64,000 nt of DNA from assembly GCA_003499525.1 (NCBI GenBank), contig DNTB01000096.1, positions 34,695 through 98,694 of the forward strand. The letters run 5' to 3'. Positions within the stretch are counted from its first letter, which is position 1. Each line of letters opens with the position of its first letter. Positions 52,001 to 59,500 of this stretch are shown here, one piece after another. The position numbers and the translations under genes were made by a program. This DNA is from Flavobacteriales bacterium. Lineage in GTDB: Bacteria > Bacteroidota > Bacteroidia > Flavobacteriales_G > Salibacteraceae. Below the pieces are notes generated by a model. That model did not search any database, was not told the origin of the DNA, and saw only the letters and a list, made by a program, of their open reading frames with translations.

Positions 52001-53484
52001 CCAGAAAGCGTTAACGGCTTGCTGGTCGTGATCACTTTTGTTCCTGTTCCTAGTGTAAAACCGGATACTCCGTACTCTATTTCCCATTGGGTGGCCGTAT
52101 TATTCTCAGTCCAGTTTAAGTCAGCGGAGGAAGAACCGACATTTGAAGCTGACGGGTTTGTTGGCCATACACAGGTAGGCGGTGTATTGGTAACAACTAT
52201 TGAATAGTCTTCTATGGAACCCCAGGTAAACGTTCCGCAAGGGTCAAGTGGCAATGCGCCGCCTTCCCAATGCATGATCCTCATTCTCGTGGTTCCCAAA
52301 ACAGCATTTGCTGGAGGAGTAAAAGGGAAGACTGCATTAAAAGTCGTCGAATTTTGAGGTTCCGGGTTTCCGGACCATGTACCGATAGACTCACCTGCAT
52401 CAAAAATGAAATTCTGGTTCCAATCGATCCACGCTTCGCCTGCGCTGGGAAAAGGGTCTCCGCAGGTTCCAAAAGTTATATTTAAGACATACGGTGTACC
52501 GAGGCTAACATCAGCTGAAAATGATGCTGTAAAATCCTGAACTCCCGCTGCTCCGGGGCAGGACTGCAAGTTGGATATGGCAGATGCATCCCCCTGAAGA
52601 AAAACATTTGTTATTTCCGAATCTTGTGTTGATGTTGGCCCTCCAGTACAATACGTCGTGTTGAAAGTAAAAGGTCCTTCCCAAAAGCTATTGTCTCCGG
52701 GGCCACAGATGCTCCTGACATAGATGTCGTATGAGTTTCCGCTTACGATTCCGGAAATGGTCTCGGGTTTTGAGGTTGTGTTAATAAATGTACCTGTTCC
52801 CTGGGTAAACCCTGAAATCCCCCATTCTATTTCCCATTGGGTTGCAGACCCGTTTTCCGTCCAATCAACAGAAAATGTGCCACCACCTGCAGGGGTTGCC
52901 GTGATATTGGTTGGTTTCGGACAGGCTTGATTCACTGGCACAAAGTCTATGGCTCCATTAAACTGCCGTGGCGTTGTGCTTGGTGTAGGCTGCGGACCGG
53001 CATAACCGACATTACTTCCGGTAGTGATAGTGGTTAATGTGTCAGCATCGATATACTGAAACGGTCCACCTGTGTAATTTGAAATATGGTAAGGCCCCCC
53101 ACCCACATACATACCGTAAGTGCCTGGTGCCAGAACCATAGGTGTTGTAAGATCAATGTATTGAAGATTTCCAATTCCCGAATTGGTAACATTAATGCTA
53201 TTGATCTGAAGTGGTGTCCAGCCTGTAACAAAAGTGATGTTCGGCGGTCCTGCTATCGGGCCGTTTTTCATCCAGATGAAGTAGTTATTCAATCCAGTAT
53301 TTACAAAACTTATTGCAATACGGTTCAGCGTTATGCTGTCATTAACGGTCAAATTAAAGGTGATTCCCACGTCCGTGAGACCTCCATTTAAAGGTGGAAC
53401 TGTAGAATTGATAACCTGAGCATTGGCCCAAAATCCTGCCATCCAAAGGCTTACAGTAAGTGTTAAAATCCTAATTGCATTCAT
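49078..53484 (-). CDS. ~1468-aa T9SS type A cargo: SP, N-domain, FN3-GEVED-FN3-MAM-FN3-MAM-FN3-GEVED, 2 LDAG repeats, CTD
   Basis: I prefer ATG 53484 (MNAIRILTLTVSLWMAGFWANAQ signal peptide) over the track TTG at 53541. Module motifs match those of the neighbouring genes. CTD: VRIYPNPSDEIINIEF...GMYLLELEIDGEITRSNLIIR. Confidence 0.9.
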   Translation of the reverse strand: MNAIRILTLTVSLWMAGFWANAQVINSTVPPLNGGLTDVGITFNLTVNDSITLNRIAISFVNTGLNNYFIWMKNGPIAGPPNITFVTGWTPLQINSINVTNSGIGNLQYIDLTTPMVLAPGTYGMYVGGGPYHISNYTGGPFQYIDADTLTTITTGSNVGYAGPQPTPSTTPRQFNGAIDFVPVNQACPKPTNITATPAGGGTFSVDWTENGSATQWEIEWGISGFTQGTGTFINTTSKPETISGIVSGNSYDIYVRSICGPGDNSFWEGPFTFNTTYCTGGPTSTQDSEITNVFLQGDASAISNLQSCPGAAGVQDFTASFSADVSLGTPYVLNITFGTCGDPFPSAGEAWIDWNQNFIFDAGESIGTWSGNPEPQNSTTFNAVFPFTPPANAVLGTTRMRIMHWEGGALPLDPCGTFTWGSIEDYSIVVTNTPPTCVWPTNPSASNVGSSSADLNWTENNTATQWEIEYGVSGFTLGTGTKVITTSKPLTLSGLSASTNYDFYVRSICGPGDTSGFSLPESFLTGCAVKIAPWTEDFDGISWVPDNISNNAINSVIDPCWTNNPTITSGQFAWKVRAAPTSSIGTGPPSDLSGSGNYLYTEASGSFVGAQAVLTTPVVDVSGLTQPQVSFWYHMFGANIGGLVLEVDSTGTWIPIDTLTGEQQQNQTDPWLKISILISPTSTIQVRFVGIRGAGFNGDIAIDELTVEEAPSCIEPASLTASAVYADSLEISWTDLNGASQWQLEYGPSGFILGAGTQVTTSVNPFILTGLIPSTEYDVYVRAICSITDTSAWSQPLTSTTSCSITPTPWTENFDGPSWVPDDLSFNAANSQLDQCWTRIPDNTINYSWRVRGVATTTLNTGPDLDLSGFGNFIYTEADPVFSSSSAFLTSPVLDVSTLTSPTVEFWYHMFGAGIDELVVEVNQTGSWIPVDTIVGPQQTSSADAWIKRRVFLGTSSTLQVRFVGRANGNQGDIAIDEVAVYETPSCISPSTLIASVSSSSSVDLTWNAGGAGSLWQVEYGISGFALGSGNQQVFTSNSATINGLTGGNIYDFYVREICGSTDTSMWTGPASASLDYCAGGPQSTDDSEITNVILNGDNFSISNLQTCPGVTGVQDFTATDSADLSRSSTYSLDITFGTCGGPFFAGGEAWIDWNQNFVFEANESIGIWTGTPQPSGSTVLNASFTFTVPASAVFGETQMRIMMDETDTPPLDPCGVFTWGSVEDYKLVITSSTADLGPDQSIGSCESTILNPGPFASYLWSNGATTSTITVDGNLIGPGTFNYGVTVTDASGVQSIDDVNVTVAAAPVVSLASTDTVNISGVTSFALDAGSGFNSYLWDDGSTAQLRVVTIDGSYWVQVTDPFGCPGSDTVYVQFILGQEQLNGLDVRIYPNPSDEIINIEFVGPVPSSNFSYRLLSLNGQVVKSNAGLSAANRNHQVLVGDMPSGMYLLELEIDGEITRSNLIIR
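49792..50253 (-). other. GEVED-type module (C-terminal copy in the 1468-aa protein)
   Basis: CAGGPQSTDDSEITNV...FGTCGG...GEAWIDWNQNFVFEANESIG...PCGVFTWGSVEDYKLVI. Confidence 0.75.
52195..52653 (-). other. GEVED-type module (N-terminal copy in the 1468-aa protein)
   Basis: CTGGPTSTQDSEITNV...FGTCGD...GEAWIDWNQNFIFDAGESIG...PCGTFTWGSIEDYSIVV. Confidence 0.75.
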
Positions 53485-53592
53485 AGGGTTAGATTGATAA
53501 ATAATTTTTCGAATATAGTTATAGCAACAGTATGTACCCAATTTAGTTTGGTTTCTCGTTCTTTATTGATGATTTACGCTTAATTAAGTTGC

Positions 53593-56500
53593 CTAATTCA
53601 CCACTATTCTTTCCATAAAGTACACTTCTGTACCGCTTACCTCTATTAAATAAACACCAGAAGCCCAATTTACAATATCGACATCCTCTACGTTAGTTCC
53701 GCTGTTTATGGCTAATCTCTTCTTCCAGACGATTTTACCTTCCATACTTCGCACAAGTACATGCATTTCTTTTCCTGCCGTGCGACTCGAGATTTCGATA
53801 GTGAGTTTTTCCTTCGCCGGAATCGGATAAACCCGAATTTGACTCGCACTTGCGTCAATTTGGTTACCCACTATAATATCCACATAAACAGTATCTACAC
53901 CTATGCAGCCCAGTGAATCAGTTACCTGCACCCAGTAAGTTCCGGTATTATTCACGGTTCTTGTTTGACCTGTCGAACCATCATCCCAGGTGTATAAAAT
54001 GAATCCCGAACCAGCATCCAGAACTACTGTATTACTCGTTGTTTCTATGATGGTATCCGGAAGATTGGTCGTTACTTCTGGCAGATAGTTTATTGTGATC
54101 ACATCAGATCCGAAGCATCCTGCTATGTCCGTAACGGTTATTGAATAGCTCTGCTGACCTGGAAGCTGACCTGCTGAAGATATCTGAATGCTTGAAGTAT
54201 TTTCACCTGTATTCCATAGATAGGAAGAAAATCCACTTCCAGCATCGAGAATAATTGAAGAGTTGGCGCAGATATAGGGTGGGCCCATAAGGGAGACACT
54301 AACCGTATCTCTCACTTCTACAACTATTGAATCTGAGGCAGTACATCCGGATAATCCAGATATAATGACTGAGTAGGTGTAAAAACCGGGATTCAAAGTA
54401 CTTCCGTCGACATTTAAAGTGGGTAGTGTCGAGCCATCCTGCCAGAGATAAGTCCCCTGACCTACTCCTGCATCCAGGGTCAAGGTTCCATCATGACAAA
54501 TCGCTGTGTCACTGCCCAGGTTAACCTGAGGACTGGAATTGACCATAACTTCTATGGTATCTGATGCACTACATCCATTTGAATCTGTAAGGGTAACAGC
54601 AATGTCATGCGTACCCGTACCTAAAACAGAACCATCAACCACATAAGTTTGAAGATTGCTGCCATCCTGCCATACATATGAATAGGGCCCACTGCCGGCA
54701 TCGAGCATTACAAAATCGTTGGAACATATTCCAGTATCTGCTCCCAAATAAACGGTTAGTTCTGATAAAACTGTTATTAGCACAGAATCTGTCCCTGCAC
54801 AACCATTTGCATCAGAAACGGTAACCGAAATAATGTTTGCTCCGGTCATCACAGTACCCATATGTGCTAAATAAAACTGTCCATTTGTTCCGTCACTCCA
54901 TACATAGTTAGAGTAACCTGAGCCTGCATCAATTAAAGTCGTGTCATTAAAACAGAGGTGGATATCCGGGCCCAGGTTAGGCAGAACCTGTGGATAAATC
55001 TGCACAGAAACTGAGTCGGAACCTCCACATCCATTCGCATCAGTTACTGTAACTGAAAAGTTTTGACTACCGGCTCCATATCCTGATCCATTTACCTGAA
55101 TAGAGTTGGTCGTTTCTCCGGTATTCCATTGGTAGCTGTTGAATCCTGCACCTGCATCAAGTAAGACGGAGGACTCAAAGCACAGAGAAGTATCATTACC
55201 CAAATCGATACTTGCTAATGGGAATACAGTGATTAGGACGCTATCACTATCCGTACACCCTAAGTTATCCGAGACGGTAACGCCGAAGGCGGATGTACCA
55301 GTACTGAGGTTAGAAGCATCCACCACAAATTGACTTGACGTAGAGCCATCGCTCCACAAGTAGGAAGCAAATCCGGCTCCAGCGTTCAACAAATAGGTTT
55401 CATTGGAACAGAGTGCTGTATCGGGGCCTAAATTAGTTATGACTTCAGGGTTGACCGTTACAGTAGCTGTATCCGAGTCGCTACAACCAAAACCATCTGT
55501 AACCGTTACACTGAGAACGAATGATCCCTGTCCTGACAAAGAACCATTTAAGAGGTTTGTCTGAGTCGTTGAACCATCATTCCAGAGATATGAAGAATAG
55601 CCCGTTCCTGCATCAAGTAGAACATTGCCATCATGACAAATGGAGGTATCGGAAAGCGTGTTTAAGACCAACGGAGCTCTTAAGTTGACATTCACAGAAT
55701 CTGAGGAGGTGCATCCATTAATATCTGAAATCGTGACACTATAGAGTTGATTACCAACATTTTGAGAGGCATTTGACACTGAAATACTCGGAGTAGCTGC
55801 GCCATTGCTCCATAGGTAGGATGCAAAACCCGCACCCGGGTCAAGTATATAAGTACTAGAATAACATATGGAGGTATCTGAACCCAAAGAAACTGTAGGG
55901 TTTGGTGATACCGAAATGCTAATAGAATCCTGTCCAAGACAGCCCTGTGAATCGCTGACTGAGACGGAATATCCAAAGGTTCCTACTCCGGTCAATGAAG
56001 TATTAATGGTAATCATTTGAGAAGTCGCTCCATTGTTCCATGAATAGGAATTAAAACCCGCACCCGCGTCAATGATGATCATATTTCCTAAACACAAAGA
56101 CGTGTCAGGACCTAAATCTAAACTCAAAGGACTGGAAATATCTACGATGATCGTGTCTGAAGCACTACAACCATTGGCATCCGTTACCGCTACACTATAT
56201 GTTTTGAGCCCGTAACCATCCGCAGTTCCGGAAACAGCATATTGTGATGAAGTATTGCCATCCTGCCACAGATAAGATGAAAAACCAGTACCTGCATCGA
56301 GCAATAAAACATCATCGGCACATATTGAGGTATCGTTGCCCAAGTCAACAGCAGAACTTGAAGGAACCGAAACTGCAACTGTGTCACTGGCTGTACAGCC
56401 GTAGTTATCTAATACTGTAACACTGTAACTATACAAGCCAGGTGCTAGGCTAGAAGCATCTACAGTATATGACGGCATTGTTGAGCCATCCTGCCAGCTG

Positions 56501-59500
56501 TACGCAGCAAATATGCCTGGACTGAGTACCATAGAACCGGTAGAACAAAGGATTGTATCTACTCCCAGGTCCGGATTTGGCGCGGAAGCTATTGTAATCT
56601 GGATAGAATCGGTTAATACATTGGAGAAAGTATCGGATACCGTTACAGAGTATGTATAAGTACCGGGCGCCAGAATGGAGGCATCAATTAAAACAGAGTT
56701 TGAAGTAGATCCATCGCTCCAGAGATAAGAAAAATAAGCACCCGCATCGATAACAAGCGATTCACAAACGCCAAGCGCAGTATCCGAACCCAGGTTGAGT
56801 CCTGATAGTTTTTCATAGATTCTGAAATCGTCAATGGCCATATCAGAAAACCAGCCGGCTTGACGAATAGCTCTGAATCTTACCTGGATTATAGAATCTA
56901 CCAGATTGAATGAAGAAAGGTCAAAGCCATATTTCAACCAGGGCGCTGTAAGAGAGGTCTGACTTTGACCTAGGAAAGTCACCGCAGTTTTCCACTGGTT
57001 ATCATCGTAAATTTCGACAATCATATCTCCCATATCCGCACCATAACGGTGATAGATGAAATCCACATATGGTGTGTCCAGAGCTGAAATATCAATAAGA
57101 GGAGAAACAAATTGGGCTTCGTCCCCAGAACTCCCGGCGGATGCCTCAGTATACAGGTAAGTGCCATTGCCCGATGATGGCCCTGACGGTCCTGTGTCCG
57201 AGGAGGGTGTTCCAGCTGTAGAAGTCTCCCACTTAAATTGTGTTGTAGAAACCTGAGTCCATTTATTGGCAAAACCATCAGTTATTCCATCGGCGTTTAA
57301 GTCGAAATCATCCATCCACGGGGCGATTACGAGATTTGGCGTACTCACTGCGGCAAATGCACTCCAATCGCTTGTATCATTAGGTCCACATATGGATCTT
57401 ACTCTGACATCGTACATGGAGTTTTGAGAAAGACCGGAAATAGTTGTTGGTTTGGTTGAAGTAACCCATTGAATGCCACTACCAGGAGTATAACCCGGAG
57501 CACCGTACTCAATAATCCATGTGGTTGCAGCACCATTTTCGACCCAATTCAAGTCGAAAGAATTTAGACCTATGTTCGAAACGAAAAGATTTGTCGGTTT
57601 CGGACAAGAAGGCGCTTCATCAATTAATACGTCATCGATGACAATATCATTATGAAAGGTAAAGCCGGATATAACCGTATGGTCGACTATCCATCGAACT
57701 TTGATCGTATCGGAATAGGCCGATAAATCGATCAAAGCTTCTACCCAATTTGGGTTATCAGCTGCGTAGGTGAGTTCTCTTGTCCAGGAACTTCCATCCC
57801 ATACTTCAACATGAAGGTCTGCATTATCTCCCGGAGCATCGATATTATTGCTAAAGACATAGAACGATAGTTGTGGACTCATCAAAGACGTAATGTCAAT
57901 TAAGGGGGTTTCAAGAGTTGCATCGTTGAAAGCTGTTCCTGAACCGTCCACGCCGGCGAAACTTCCAAAGTTCCCTGTATGATCAGTCAATCCAGAAGCT
58001 CCATAGGCGGGCCAGTTTCTTGTAAAAATCCAATTCTCTCCTCCGTATGATGACCAACATTGTGGTGAAGAAAGACTGGTAAAGGTTTCGAGAAATGGCA
58101 CTCCGTAAACCCCACACGGTGTGGTAAAATCAACAGGGCCAACCCAGGTTGAGGTATCGCCTGGACCACAAATTGATCGTACATATACCTGATAATCTGT
58201 TAGTTGACTTAAGCCGCTTATCGTAGTTTGAGTAGCATTTGCACTTTTATTAGTTCCCGTACCAAGTGCAAAACCGGATGGCCCGTATTCTATTTCCCAT
58301 AGCGATGATGTACCCACATTATTCCAGCTAATATCAGCAGAATAGCCCGTTACATTTTGTGCGAGCAATGAATGCGGCTCATAGCAATAATCGACCACAA
58401 CTATTTTGTAATCCTCCACCGCTCCATAACTAAAACTCGCGCAGGGATCTAATGGAATTGTGCTGTTTTCCTGCATGACCACTCGTAAGCGGGTTTCACC
58501 TAAAGTAGCAGAGGCCGGAACTGTAAAATTGAATGATGCATTAGGAATTGTTGAGGACAATACTGCTGGAGTACCGCTCCACGTCCCTATAGATTCAAAC
58601 GGTTCAAATAAGAAGTTCTGATTCCAATCAATCCAGGCTTCCGCTGCAGAACCATATACTCCTCCGCATGTGCTTAAAAGAAGGTCGAGATCGAAAGTAA
58701 GACCAACTCCTAGATCCGCAGAGTCCGTTGAAGTAAAGTCTTCCACTCCAATAGTTCCGGGGCAGGACGTAGGGTTGTCTATACCAAAGGTTACTCCGTT
58801 CAGTAAAGCTCTTCGAATATCCGTATCCTGATTAAAGGCAGGGCCTCCAGTTGAACAATATACCAGTGAAATATTGTAGGGGCCAGACCAATTAGAACTG
58901 TCACCACCTCCACAAATTGACCTGACATAGAAGTCGTAGGAACTACCCGGGGATAATCCTGAGATTTGAAATGGGTTTGACGCCGTCACAGAGCTCGTGC
59001 CAGTACCCAGTACAAATCCGTTTGGCCCCCACTCTACCTCCCATTGTGCTGCTGCACCCTGCTCTATCCAGCCCACAGTTGCAGTGCTTGAAGCCTTTGA
59101 GATCAGGTTTAGTGCAATAGGTTGAGGGCAGGTAACTTCATCAATAATAATGTTATCAATGCCCAATCCATCTGTCAAAAAAGGAAAGTTATCTTCCTGA
59201 CCAAATCTAACCTGAAACGTATTGGTGAACAGTTGCCCTGCTGAACTTAGCGCAGCATCCAGGTCTATTCCGTTTACGTTATACCATTGTCCGGGGGCAA
59301 GGCCGGTAGACCAATCATAAACTTCGATCCAGGAATTGGAATTGCTTCCTCTAACCCATACCCGATCGTTACCATTAGGCTCATCACTAAAATTGGCCAA
59401 ATCAAAAGATAGATTCATAAATGGATTCCCGTTGTACGCGGATAGATCGAGGGTGATTGTTGCAAAATTGACTGCATTAGAGCCACTCACCGACCGATCC

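Noticed and set aside
1155-53541. Track-proposed longest starts using TTG/GTG at 1155, 4576, 5784, 6200, 8824, 8855 and 53541
   Set aside because: In each case a nearby downstream ATG gives a canonical N-terminus (a signal peptide or a family-typical start). In two cases the TTG lies inside a promoter box or abuts the divergent gene. The coordinates were adjusted accordingly, but start sites remain unverified.
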